This document shows positions 1 to 13,189 of a DNA stretch of 64,000 nt, one piece after another. A model generated the notes under the pieces. The model did no database searches, was not told the DNA's origin, and worked only from the letters and a program-made list of their open reading frames with translations. The translations under genes were made by a program, and so were the position numbers. Source of the stretch: the human T2T-CHM13v2.0 reference genome, Homo sapiens; NCBI RefSeq assembly GCF_009914755.1, contig NC_060935.1; one strand, 5' to 3'. Within the stretch, counting starts at the first letter, position 1. Every line of letters starts with the position of its first letter.

Positions 1-714
1 AACCAAGATGTAATTCCAGCCACAGATTTCTCCTCCTAAGCACCAATTAATTTGTGATTCTCTGTATCTACCTCTGTCTTGTCTTAGGGTCTGTGGCTTA
101 GCCCTGTGACCTCAATTCTCTGAGCGATAGAAGAAGAAATGTTTCTTGCATGTGACTGACTACTTCCAAGATAGGAAGCCAGAAGTTATTTGTACTTGTA
201 AAAGTCAAAGAACCCAAGACACATGCTTCTCTACTAAATAATAATTTTTTTCTGAAATTGTTGTTTAGTCATTACTTATATTTACTTGACATCTCCCCAG
301 AATTTGGCTATGATTCTGACTTTCAGGTTCGGAGACATATCTCTGAAAGAGAAAGGGGTTCATTTTCCCATTTCAAAATGTTTTACCTGGCTCCATTACT
401 GCTTGATGCCTAGTACTTCATTAGTCTTTTCATAGTTTTATCACTTAGAAGAATATCTGTAAAATAAGAACAATTGAGAACAGAGTGTACCTTAGCATAA
501 AATAATCTCTTTGTTTCTGAGATTAAAGGATGCTCTCTCTTTACCAAAATGCAGGATTGCTGTCCTATAGAAGAAGCTTAAGTAGGAGTGATATCATCAA
601 TGACATCCTCAGGAGCCTGTCAGGTGATGTGAAGTAGTTCAGGATATGAATCTTTATGAAACATAAGAACATGGGTTGTTATTAATGGAATCTTACAATT
701 CGATGGCCTCCGAG

Positions 715-850
715 TCATTAGTTCTCACTTTATATTACACATTGGGAAACTGAGATGCAGAAGATTTTAAATAAACTGCTTGAGGTCACAGAGAATGTTG
801 GTAGCAAAGCCACAATGAAAACCCAGGTCTTGGCATTTCCAGTGAAGTGT
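715..850 (-). mobile_element. MIR SINE fragment
   Basis: gggaaactgagatgcagaag...tgaggtcacagag...aacccaggtct matches the antisense MIR core. Confidence 0.7.
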
Positions 851-1824
851 TTTGTTTTTCCTGTTTTCTTTTTCTTTTCTTCTTCTACCTACTAAGACCT
901 GCTTTCTTTGATCTGCTCAGTTCTATTCTTTTCTATTTAGCTGTAGAAAGAAACACCTAATACATAGTGAGCAATCATGTATTAATTAGTGATAATAATG
1001 GCAACCGTGTTGGTGTGATGGAGTTGTATGACAAGCTATTTCTCTGGCTCACCATTTAATTTATTCTGCCATCGGACTTAGAAGAGATTGATTTTATTGC
1101 TTTACATTTTGGAACTTAGTGAGCATTTCTATTATAACCCTAGAGTCACATCACAACATCAGCCTCCATACAGTTACACTTCATAAAGAGGCTAATAGAA
1201 GTTCATCCTGAGAGTGGGCTGGGGCCTAGAGGGCCAGTACTGCTTCTTTCTGAACTGTGTGTGTTTGTGTTTTAAGTTACAGATGTTGAAGAAGAGCTTT
1301 AGAATTGTCCACTTTGAATACCTTGGGACGGAAATCTTGATTTCTGTTTTCAGCCATACCTCTGAATTACAAATGAGCTCTGAACCAGTCACTCTCTTTC
1401 CCTACTCCTTTTGCTGTCTTCATAATGAGGATAAGGAAGAAAACCTGCCCTCCAACTTACCTTACAGAAATACCCTGAGGACTAATGAGATCACATGCAT
1501 AAAACGACTTGGAGCACAAAGTATGACATCAATTATTCCTTCCTATTAATCTCATGAGATGTAATTCACCACTTTATAATGTGGCACTACATTGCAGTTT
1601 CAGGTATTCAGTGACAACTTATAAAAAGCTTTCTCTACTTTGTAGTTCTTCGTTTCTCACATAGGGAATAATAGTGTGGGGAAGATGAAGAGGCTCTCTC
1701 CAAACTCTGCAATAGCTAAGTCTAGAAAACTCATGTATCAACACTGGATGTTAAGAGTTAAAGGGCCCTAGACCAGACTCTTGTGATGCAACTATCCCAG
1801 GTACAACATCTCTGGCAGGTAATT

Positions 1825-1940
1825 AATTAACCACTGATTGAATATTTCTAGGGATGGAGACTTCACTGCCATCTAACACTGTCATTGTTGGGAAAAACTC
1901 ATAGCTACAAACTTCAGTCTTTGGAACTTGAATTGTGCCA
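1825..1940 (-). mobile_element. L3/CR1 LINE fragment (ancient)
   Basis: ttgaatatttctagggatggagacttcactgcc...cattgttggg resembles the antisense L3 3' end. Confidence 0.4.
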
Positions 1941-2054
1941 GTAATCTGTGGTAAAGATGTTCTGTGCCCCCACCAGCCCTTCCCCCAATCCTCGTCATCG
2001 TTTCTTTATTATAGAACACTATTTCTTAATTATTTGATTATCCTGATTAAACAT

Positions 2055-2441
2055 TGTATTAGGCCGTTCTTGCATTGCTATAAATACCAGAGACTAGGCA
2101 ATTTATAAAGAAAAGAAGTTTAATTGGGTCATGATTCTGCAGGCTTTACAGGATATATGGTGCTGGCATCTGCTCCTTGGAGGCCTCAGGAAGTTTATAA
2201 TCATGGTAGAAAGCGAAGAGAAAACAGGCGTTTCATATGGCAGGGGCCTGAGTAAGAGAGAGAATGGAGGGGAGGTCACACACACTTTTAAGTAACCAGA
2301 TCTCCTATGAACCCAGAGTGAGAGCTCGCTTATCACCAAAGGGGTTGCCCAAGCCATTCATGAGAGATGTGCCACACCTCCAAGATTAGCGATTACATTT
2401 CAACGTGAGATTTGAATGGGGACAAATATCCAACTATATCA
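2055..2441 (-). mobile_element. MSTA-like ERVL-MaLR solo LTR
   Basis: Starts tgtattaggccgttcttgcattgctataa (reverse complement of the MST 3' end) and ends ...actatatca; perfect 5-bp TSD AACAT at 2050-2054 and 2442-2446. Confidence 0.92.
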
Positions 2442-2573
2442 AACATCCTTTGTTTCTTCATTTTTTTTTTTTATTTTTTGATTCCTGATATATGTAGTCA
2501 CTCTCATTTGCTTATACTTTGTATAAAATGTAGTGTTCACAACTTGATCCAGTACCACAGAACATTGTAGGCA

Positions 2574-3076
2574 TGTATGACAGCCACGGAAGTGTGCCAC
2601 TTGACTCCTCTTTGAAGAGAGAAACTGCAAATCAGCTGCAAGGAGTACATCTAATTGATAAGTTCCAGCTGCAGCAGCTTTGGGACCCACAGCAGCATGT
2701 GAGCTGAGGCCATGCTCTTCCTCAACAGCTCTAGTTAATGACTGAACGTGGTAGAGTCCTAGGGACTGCTCATTTCTGCCCAGTGGAGACCCCTCCCCAA
2801 CCCATAGGCAATATTTAAATATTTGCCCCTGAGCTCCCTGTTGAAGTGGAGAGGACTTTCTGAGAGTCATACCACGCAGTGAGTCACTTTCGATTCAAGC
2901 CTGCTTCCAGAACCCCTTTCTGTTCACATATGTGAGACCAACATTGCAGTCTGCAGGTTTACCCTGCCTACTCCTTTTCCCATTCTTTATCTTTTAAAGG
3001 CATTATTATAGATATCCGTTGTCTTTGTAACTCCATGCTGGTATCTGCTTTCTGGGGATGCCACTGAACCTAATAT
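2574..3076 (+). mobile_element. LTR16-family ERVL solo LTR
   Basis: tgtatgacagccacggaagtgtgccac...ttccagctgcagcagct...gctgaggccatgctcttc...aatgactgaacgtgg...catttctgcccag follows the LTR16 consensus. Confidence 0.8.
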
Positions 3077-3902
3077 GCTACCTGCTTAGCCTTGATCTGA
3101 ACTTTCCCAGCATCCATAAAATAATGAGTGACAATAGTTAATGTCCTATATTAAGATTATAGTGTGTGGAATACCTTAGACTTCCTCAATGGCTCCAAAG
3201 TTTGATCTATTCATTACCAGGTGAATTGGCTGGAGGTATCACTATCACTCGGGGCATACTGGATATCAAATAAAATTTTCCAAGCATCTCCTCACTCATA
3301 CCTGGGAAGCTTTAGTACAGGGCTCAAGAGAGATTTTGTAACTGTCATCAGGTCCAGCATAATTTCTATAAGCTTTATAAAGGCTACCACACTAGTCATG
3401 CCTTAGGCACTCATGTATTCATTCCTGAACTTTTGACTGAGACAATCTTACTTACCTACATGACATTTAATCTCATTGTTTATCTTCCCATTTGTGACTT
3501 CTCCCCACTGTTATCCTCTACACTTAATATCACTTGTCTAGTTTTAAACTTAAAACTCTTTCTTGAGTACAATTATAACTTTCTACCTAAAATGTGTATT
3601 TTCTAAAATGTTTCTTTCTAAGCTGATCCCTGTAATATACATTATGTGTACGTCTTGACTTTGTGACTAATGATCTTGCTTTTCTATATAAACTATTATT
3701 CCTCCTAAGTAAGACATAATAGTAGCATTTTAAAGACATTCGATTTCAGGTGACAAAATTCTTCATTACAAGGGTTCAAGATTGAAGTTTGGTAGTAGAC
3801 AAGTGAAACAATCAACTTCACCTGAAATGAGTGGTAGGCAATGGGTTCCACCATGGGCGCAAAGAAGCAAATTCATACCCTTAGTGTATGAACTTTTATT
3901 TA

Positions 3903-4270
<368 letters not shown>

Positions 4271-4333
4271 ATCAATGAAATATGACTTCCTGAATTTCAA
4301 ACAAGACTAGTATTTATTTAAGAAAGGATCTCA

Positions 4334-4449
4334 CAGGAGGATAGCTTGAGGCCAGGAGGCAGAGGTTGCATTGCAGTGAGCCAGTGCACTGCAGCCTGGG
4401 TGAAAGAGTAAGACCCTGTCTAAAAAAAATAAAAATAAAAAATAAAAAA
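4334..4449 (+). mobile_element. Truncated AluJ/FRAM right-arm fragment
   Basis: caggaggatagcttgaggccaggaggcagaggttgca...agaccctgtct followed by an (AAAAAT)n tail. Confidence 0.85.
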
Positions 4450-6768
4450 CTTCAAACATCAAGAAATGAGGAAAATTGACCGTGTTGTAAAAACGTAAGT
4501 TGAGTTTTCATGATGGTAAGGTTTTTACTTCACAAAATATTTAAAGAAACCTGTGAGTAATAATGGGATGACCATCACAGAATTGAAACATAGCACATTT
4601 TAGTAGTCAGGGTTCTCAATTAACTTTCACACACATTTTCAGTAAGTATTTTCTATAGCAGTGATTTTTAAGTAAACAGAAAATAAACTGGTATCAATTT
4701 CAAAAATAAAATCCAAAACCAAGGGAAATGAATTATTTAAAAAAGCAACTGAAGGAAAAAAAAGAAAAAGAGTAACAGCAACATAAAATATGCCGCTAGG
4801 ATGTGAAGAAAAGTTTAAAAATGTAAGAGATTGAGGAAAATAGGAAAGCTAATTCAAGCATGCCATTTACTTCTTTTGCAGGATCTCTATTTGTGACTCA
4901 TAGATAATTTATAGATCTATTCAATTAGCAAGTTAGACATGAGTGTGCTTACATCTGCCCATGCAGCTGAAAGCAATAATCTCTGTACTGTGGTGTTATT
5001 GTTGATAAAAACTTTCTGTAGCGAGTGCAAGAGAATTTAGTTTTCTGCAGAGCGGTTGAGAGAAAAATGAATCACAGAGAGGAATCTTAAGAGATTCAAA
5101 CATGGCAAATAAATCTGTGTTCTGGAGTGGAAAGCCTTAGGCACACAGATGCCACATTCCGAGGCAAAAAGTGAAATATTCAGCTGCAGTCTTCCCATTT
5201 TGGTTTAAATCTTTGGATATTTACAGAAAATGTGTATCAAGCATACGGTTTCTCTTCTCTGCTTGTTACCCTGTACCACTTCAACCAAGGTTGTTTCCCA
5301 CTCTCTTCATGCCCCACTTTTCATTAATGTGTCCATATTATTTGTCAATCTAGCAGGATAAACTAGCGATTTAATGAAGAGGTGGTCTAAGTAAATTTGT
5401 GAGAGGTATTTGAACTTTATATTAGAATTCCTTTTAGTTTGAAATCCGATGGTATTTGATTTTAAGATACGGTATCACCTCTTTTCACTGATTCTCTATC
5501 AAGTAATTCAACATACTGGATAATGCTATGTCATGGAAATCTTGGATATAGGACAAATGCTTTTTATTAGAGGCTCTTGAGCTGAAGAAAATGTAAGTCC
5601 TTTTAAACTTCCAGCCCTTATCTATTACATCTCTTGCAGATAGACAGCTGTGAGGGAGATAGGCGAGTGAAGAGTTGTTCAAGCATAGCCTATCCATTTT
5701 GTTGGCATTATAGCTTTTCTATTAATTCATACAGATATTAAATATTCAATGTCTGCCTTATAAATTAGTAAATAGAGGATATATGAATATGTATTTCATT
5801 TTACGCTCCCTGGGATAGCCATATGAGACCAACTACTTTATTAGTAATGCAAAAAGGTTTTATGTGTTCATATTTCAACACATAAGAAGACTTCCATATT
5901 GTGCTTGGAAATTATTAAACTATCTCTTGGTATATTATAGAAAAGTAAGTTTCAAGTTGAAATTAAATCTGTTAATTTCTGTAAATCAGGAAAAGGCACA
6001 AAAGCATTTCCCTCTCCTGCAAAAATCTTTGAAATGTTTCCTAAAGGAAAAATTATATATTTACCCTCTGTCTGATTTGTTTTTTTGTATGTGTGTGTGT
6101 TGCCACCTCTGAATCTCTATAGATTGTGTGTATATCCTTATTAATCTAATTTGTTTTACTAATGTCTTTATGGAGGATTAAAAACACAATAAAACCTAAC
6201 TTCTTACTTCTTCTTTCCATATAATTCACACTATCTCCCAAGGTGTCAGACTTTTATTTAGCCTTCTTAAAACTCATGTCTACCATCTGTAAAAATGGTG
6301 ATAATTCCTCAATGGGTTGTTGAATTAAATGAGATATATTTTATTTTCAACATCTATAATGATTCCTGAACATTTCAAGAATGAAAACTGTGAATATACT
6401 GAGAACATTTCATAAATTCATTACTAAATTTTAACCTATAGCATTTTTTCTCTGTAACTGAGAAGTCATGCAATGCAACAAGATTCACAATTGGAATGTT
6501 CGGTAGAGTAGGTCAAGCAGATCAATGTGAAGCACGCCTAAAAGTAAGCTTACCCCCAAATAATATTAGATGTTAGCTCAAATAAGTGAGAAATTTACCT
6601 TGCAATTATTTAAAAAGTACCATCTGGGCAGTAAATAACAACCTGAACATAGCAACATATAATTGAAGAGGACCCAGTGAGTCTTGTGACAGCTGTGAAT
6701 GTGTTTAGAGACATTATGAAAAGTTTCTATGAGGTAGCAGTAAGACGAATTACACCTGACTTGCTTAA

Positions 6769-7145
<377 letters not shown>

Positions 7146-8274
7146 ATATTCTAGTATTTTTACAGTATTTAAAATCATTCCATAAGTGCACATTTTTAGG
7201 GCAACCAGAATGTATGTACACATTAGATAGTAATTTCATTTTTCCTTCATTTCTCACTCTCTTTCTCTTTTCCACACTGCTAGCTATTTCTTTATTTCTA
7301 CTTTGGCCTTTGACCGTTTTATTCGATTTTTATTCTACTTCTAAATCAAAACTAAGTAAAAATATAATAGCTAGCCTGACCTTTATAAAAGTGTTGGTGA
7401 TTCTTTCTTAAGAGATGCTAATATACTTTGTCTGCCAGTATCCTCCCCTCGTTTGACTTTCTTAAACGCTTCATGTAATGAAGATGAAAATGGAAAGCAA
7501 GAAAATTTAGTGATTTTGATTGGATGAATTTCTTTTGGGTACTTTTATTTAACCAAGAAGTGCATGAAATTCAACTTTGGTTCTTTCAAAGCACTACCGT
7601 GCTAAGAATAACTTTGCTTTTGAGAAGTTCAACAGTCATCCCTTCTAGTAGTTACAAGTGGAAGTGCACTTAGGACAGAGTAAAGAGTAATTGGTCAAAG
7701 CGATACATTTATAAATTGTGTATAATTATATGTCAATTGGATACTTCATGAGATTATCTCATGTCATAGTTGAAGATTTCCCTGAGCAACAGCAGCAGAT
7801 ACTTCATATAATCCCTTCTTTCTTTTCTGTGTATGTAGGCATGATCCACAGAGCAATGTTAATAGAATTGTGAGATAGTTAGAAGAACAAGCCTTTCTTA
7901 TTTATTATATTAAATAGCTGTTGAGCAAACCAATAGTAGATGTTTTAGTATTCAAATCCACCATAAATAATATAAGAAGACAGTGATAGACATGAAAAAA
8001 ACTGTTTCTCATACCTTAACATTGTTAAAATAGTATATCCTTAATTTCATAGAATATTCAATATTCAATCTCTTATTTGTTAGTGTTTTCACAAATAGGG
8101 ATAACACATTTACTAATGGTTGTGGTGGACATTGTGCTAAGGTAGTTGAGAATCTTAATTTACTCTCTCACAAGTAAATAATGAAAGTCACACTGGGTTT
8201 GATTGGCTTCAGATATATAAAATTCTGTAGCACTTATTACCCTGAAGTGATGAGGTGGAATGTAGGTCAGAATT

Positions 8275-8510
8275 TAGCATAAAGATATGAATGTAATTCC
8301 TGAAATAATTGACTGGGTTTAAATTCTAACTTTTTAATGTATTGGCTTTTCAACCTTAAGCCTGTTGTATAACTTCTGTGTGCCCCAGGAAATTGGGAAT
8401 AAAAATTACAAATCTTTCATATGATTATTTTGAGGATTAAATGGGTCAATATATATAAACTTGGTTAAAACAGTACCTGTTGCACCAAAAGCACCCCCAA
8501 CAATATTAAC
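8275..8510 (+). mobile_element. MIR SINE
   Basis: ctgggtttaaattc...ttttgaggattaaatggg...aaacagtacctg matches MIR. Confidence 0.65.
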
Positions 8511-8807
8511 AAAAACTAATATGTGGGGCATGTAGGAAATATCTTTTCACATAGGGTGCTCCAAGGAGGTCCTTTAGGTATTGTCTTTCTGAGGATCTTT
8601 AAGAATCTGAGGATAAATATCTGGGATTTAAAAAATGTTTTATATATTTTTCATGTTGGGAACATTGTAATATGGACTTTTGATTTTGTAAATTTATATC
8701 AACTGACATTTAGAATTGTATCTGGCTTGCCTTTCAGAGATAGAATACCTCACACTTTTTAAAGATACCCAGAAATATAAAAATATGTATTATTATAAAT
8801 ATTATGA

Positions 8808-8936
8808 TTTTATTTTATTAGAGATGGGTTCTTGCTATGTTGACCAGGCTGTCCTTGAACTCCTGGGTTCAAGCAATCTTCCCACTTCAGCCTACCAAGT
8901 TGCTGAGACCACAGATGAGTGTCACTGAGTCCAGTC
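8808..8936 (-). mobile_element. FLAM (Alu monomer)
   Basis: gagatgggttcttgctatgttgaccaggctgtccttgaactcctgggttcaagcaatcttccc. Confidence 0.85.
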
Positions 8937-8959
8937 TAAGATTACAATTTTATGAAGGT

Positions 8960-9130
8960 GTTGCATATTCATATCTCTTTGGCCTTTTAACAACACTGTG
9001 ATATAAGTACTATGATTATTTTCCCCATTTTATCAATGAGAAAACTGAAGGTCAATGAGACTAAGAAGTAAGTGAGACTAAGTGATTTACTAAACGTGTT
9101 ACTACTTCTTAGTAGAGAAAGAACTTTAAA
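8960..9130 (-). mobile_element. MIR SINE
   Basis: ttccccattttatcaatgagaaaactgaagg core. Confidence 0.75.
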
Positions 9131-9239
9131 GCAACAAGTTATTATTCTTAAGCCTTTGCACCTTCAAAGCTGACATACAAATAATAAAAGCTACCTTTGG
9201 CCAATGGAAAAAAATAAAAAATAATCTTTTTCCTTATCT

Positions 9240-10180
9240 ATATATATCCAAAAGCAAACTGATGATATGTACTCTCCCCCATGTCTATGCCTGTTCTCTG
9301 GTCTTATCCCAATAAAGGATACCATACATGATTACATTTAGCAGGTGAAAACATACCTGTAATCCTTAAGGCCTCTTTTGTGATTCACTCAGTGTCTAAC
9401 CCATCACGAATCTTGTCCATTAAATCCATGATATTTTCTTGTAAATATCTCAGCTCTGTCTGCTTCACATCTTCTCTGACACTAAGTCAAAGCTACCAAC
9501 ATATCTCCCATTTACTGCTATAATAACTACCCAATTAACGTGTTTACATCCATATGCCTCCTCCGTTCTGCTGTCTACATTACAACTGAGGTTGTCTCTT
9601 ACAACAGAAATGCTTTCTTTACATTTCCAACTGAGGACCCCTTCACCAGCTTGTGTCATCTCTTGGGAGAAAGGGGAAAACAAAGTCCTTAACCTGCCTA
9701 TGCGGCTCTGCAGTATCTGTTCCCTGCCCACGTTGCCTATTCATCTTGAAGTTTTTCTCCCTCACGCAGGTTAGACTGCACCACGCTTCCCCGTTTTGCG
9801 TTCTGTGCTCTTTTCAGTCTGACTTGCCTGGAACTCACTATCCTGTCTCTCCTGCTGCTGTGGTGTGGCTCCCCACTTCTGATGAAAATGTTCCTTTTAT
9901 ACCCATCCTTCAGATGGAGCTTGAGCAGTGCTCTCTCAGGATAAGCTTTTCTAAGCCTCAAGACAAGGTCAGATCTTGCTGTGATAGTCTTTTAGTACAT
10001 TCTACTTAATTCTCATTGAATTGTCACAGTTTAAATATATTTATTTCACTAGTGACTTGATTCATATGTAACTCTCCTGCTAGAATTCTTAATATCAGTG
10101 TTGCTTTCTACTGTTTCTATGTGATGTAGCAATAATGACAGGTAATTTTATACCTACAAGTGTTGATTGAAAGAATGGGT
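9240..10180 (+). mobile_element. L2 LINE 3' portion
   Basis: Diverged match to the L2 3' region (caaagtccttaacctgcctatgcggctctgcagtatctg...) ending gttgattgaaagaatgggtgaa. Confidence 0.7.
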
Positions 10181-10617
10181 GAAAAAAAAGGTAGAAGAGA
10201 CTTTTATATTGCTCCATTTGATCCAATTATTCACTGCTTGGTATTTATTATACTGAATCAATTCTAGAAATGCTTCTGTGCATTAATGAGAAAAAATAAC
10301 AAAAGAACAATATCAATAATTTTTTGATAAACCAATTATTATAGGAAGACAAGATATATCTAATAACACCCCTACTTTTGTGTACCAATAATGACTTTAT
10401 TCAAATATGTGTGATAGTAAATTGTTTCACTAACTATAAAATTATACATAGCATACGTTTATAAATATACATATACATGTTTTAAAATTCTATGTAATAC
10501 ACACACATATATCATTATATAGCTGTATAAAATAAAGATGAACAGATATGTACACCTTTTGTTACACGTGAGAGTTCAAGTATGTAAAAACTGGATAGTA
10601 CTTTTTAGCACTTGTAC

Positions 10618-10810
10618 TTGGTGTAGTTATAGGAAGAGCACTGAAATGAAAAAATAAGCATACTTGGGTCCTAGTTCTGGTTTTTATCTGAATTGACTCT
10701 GGGATATTAAGAAAATCACGTTGTTAGGAATCAGTTTTCTCATTTGTGATTTAGGGGACTGAGCTGCTAGGTCTGTCAGGTCCCTTTAGCTTCATAGTGC
10801 TGTGATCTCT
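10618..10810 (+). mobile_element. MIR3-like SINE
   Basis: ggaagagcactg...cttgggtcctagttctgg...tcagttttctcatttgt...ggtccctttagc. Confidence 0.65.
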
Positions 10811-13012
10811 GCTGAATTGCACTAACATTTCTATGAATGGCATTTTCAAACCCAGAAGCGTTTGAGGAAATGACAAGTGAAATGATCAGGGGTGAAATTT
10901 TGCACAAGTGTTACAACAGGGTTGGAAAAACACCATGTATTTATATGGCTACAATGTTGCTGGCTGAGAACTTCATGTTATTGTTAGTATTTTGTGTAAC
11001 TTATTTTAATTATTTGAGCAAATTATTCAAACCTATTTAAAATAGCATTAGAACTTAACTTCCTTAAATATGCAAAACATAGTTTAGGTTTTCTGGATTT
11101 TCATGTCATATTATGTTTTGATTAAAAAATCTTCAACTGATAAAATAGATAAAAATGTGAATGAATGTTCAGTAGTTGATTGGACTTAATTGTCATATGA
11201 TTTTCAACAACTTGGAATATTAAATGTTAAAATGAGGTGACTAAAAATCAAAAATTACTTTAAAAGAGAATTAGGTGTTACTAGATGTCTGAAATAAGAG
11301 CTATTGTAGTTGAACACAGAATCAAACTTTGATTTTTTTTTTTTAGCAAAAATGACCAGACCAAAAACCTGCCATTTTATGTTTATATGGCTGTCATTGC
11401 CTTTACCAAACTTAAAAAATAAATCTCCAAGAACACATGTGAATCTGACACTTACTTTAGGCATGTTTTTATATTTTTAAAGGATTCAAAATCCTTTCAT
11501 AATTTTTAGTTCTTCATGCTCATTGGAGATACAAAAATTTTATTCTAGATAAATTCATGACAATTTCTGCAGTATATCTGTTAATAGGTCATAAAAAAAG
11601 CTTATCACTGACCTTAGAGTTTTCACATGACATTCTTCTCTGCTATTTATGAATCTAACAAAATTTAGAAAGAAATTAAGTTTGTGACCACTATTCAGAA
11701 TCTCTTAAGTCTTTTCTCAAGAACTATTCCAGTGACAGCCTTAATATGTTTCTTAGTAGAAATCTCAGTGCCTGGGATTATGTCCATGTTTTTGACAGCT
11801 GTATATATCATGTAAACGTTGAAAGGTAGGAGACAGCTTCCAGAAATAATGAGTACCTAGATATCCGATAGTCATCTTAAAACAATTTAGTTAGAGAGAG
11901 TTGGGAGGCAGCCAGGAACTGAAATTGAAGATGCAAATATTAATGGAATAAGATAAGGGTTGTAAATCACAGAAATTTGCATGCCATTGATCTTACGTAG
12001 CAAGAAGATTGAACAGTGATTGACAAGATATAGGTATTAATTTAGGGGAGATAGAAATATGAAAACAATAGGTTATGATTAGCAAATTAAATGTATATAA
12101 TTCAAATATTAAAACAGATTTAAAGCAAGGAAAGAGCAAAAAAATGTTATCTTCATGCAGTATCTTGGGTTTTAACATCCTATGTGGATGATCACCACAG
12201 ACTGTATTCAAAAAACACATGTCTGAAAAATAAGAATTTATTTTTTAAATCTCAAAGCATGGTAGATATAGATCTTTTCACCATCAATCTGAGACATCTG
12301 TATATGTTTATTAGATAAATCCACACGCCTATGATATCATTTTTATGATTAGTATCATATTTACTGATTGATGCATAAATTTTCTATTATCCCTTATGAA
12401 GCAAAATTCAATAAAATATGAAAAAGAAAAAGTGATTTTTTCCACATATTTAAATCCCACGTGTTATGTACATATTCTATACAAGAGTTTATTCCAGTTA
12501 TCGAATTAATAGGAAACAATGTTATACTTGTGCCGCATCTATTGACTACACGCTGTTATTTGTGTGCTGTCCCTTCTCAGTATCAAACAGGCTCAGTCTC
12601 AATATATTTTTCTTTCTTCCTGAGAAGAATGTAGGAGAAGTTGAATAAACGGAAGAAAAATGCTATATATTGGTTCACTTCTCCAACTTGGTGTTTATTG
12701 TTTTACTCTTATCTTGAAATGATAGATTCATGATGTTTGATAAATGACTGGAAAGGTTGTTTTAGTTTCCTGTGCTTCCAAAGCACATAAAGTTTTGGTT
12801 AATGGATGGCGTGCTCAGTGAATCAAAGGTTGTGTTTCTAGGCTTCCCACAATACTGATGCATTTGCTTTTGTTTTAAGTTATAGCAACAGTTTGGGACA
12901 ATAGCTTTTTTTACATTGTGACACAAACAGTGCAGGTAGAATGATGATCTTATAACAAGGTGCATCTGTTCTGATTTTTTCTGTTTGTCTGTGAAAATTT
13001 TCTACATTTCAG

Positions 13013-13070
13013 TCTAGGAGAGATTATTCCAAAATCAAAATAAAGCAAAAGGAAGATAAAAAGTTGAGTG
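13013..13070 (+). other. Candidate 58-nt exon of an unidentified (possibly non-coding) transcript
   Basis: Polypyrimidine-rich acceptor ttttctacatttcAG, purine-rich body, donor GTG|gtaagt; no transcript evidence available. Confidence 0.35.
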
Positions 13071-13189
13071 GTAAGTATGTAATACAGCAGTGCTCATGCA
13101 TTCAAACACAGTAGGATTCCTAATTGTACTGCAAGATATGGAACTAAATATAATGAACATATTTTAAACAATAGATGTAGGAAAGAGCT

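Noticed and set aside
1-185. Possible antisense old L1M 5'-end fragment
   Set aside because: The resemblance is too short and diverged to call without a search.
2810-2823. 14-bp palindrome aatatttaaatatt
   Set aside because: AT-only, inside LTR16, and expected by chance or small duplication.
2439-2870. 143-aa minus-strand ORF
   Set aside because: Mostly antisense to the LTR16 element; no homology recognised.
5571-5640. Possible 22-nt micro-exon (tttttattAG...AAT|gtaagt) followed by an acceptor
   Set aside because: The following intron would be under 50 nt and its phase does not fit the other candidates.
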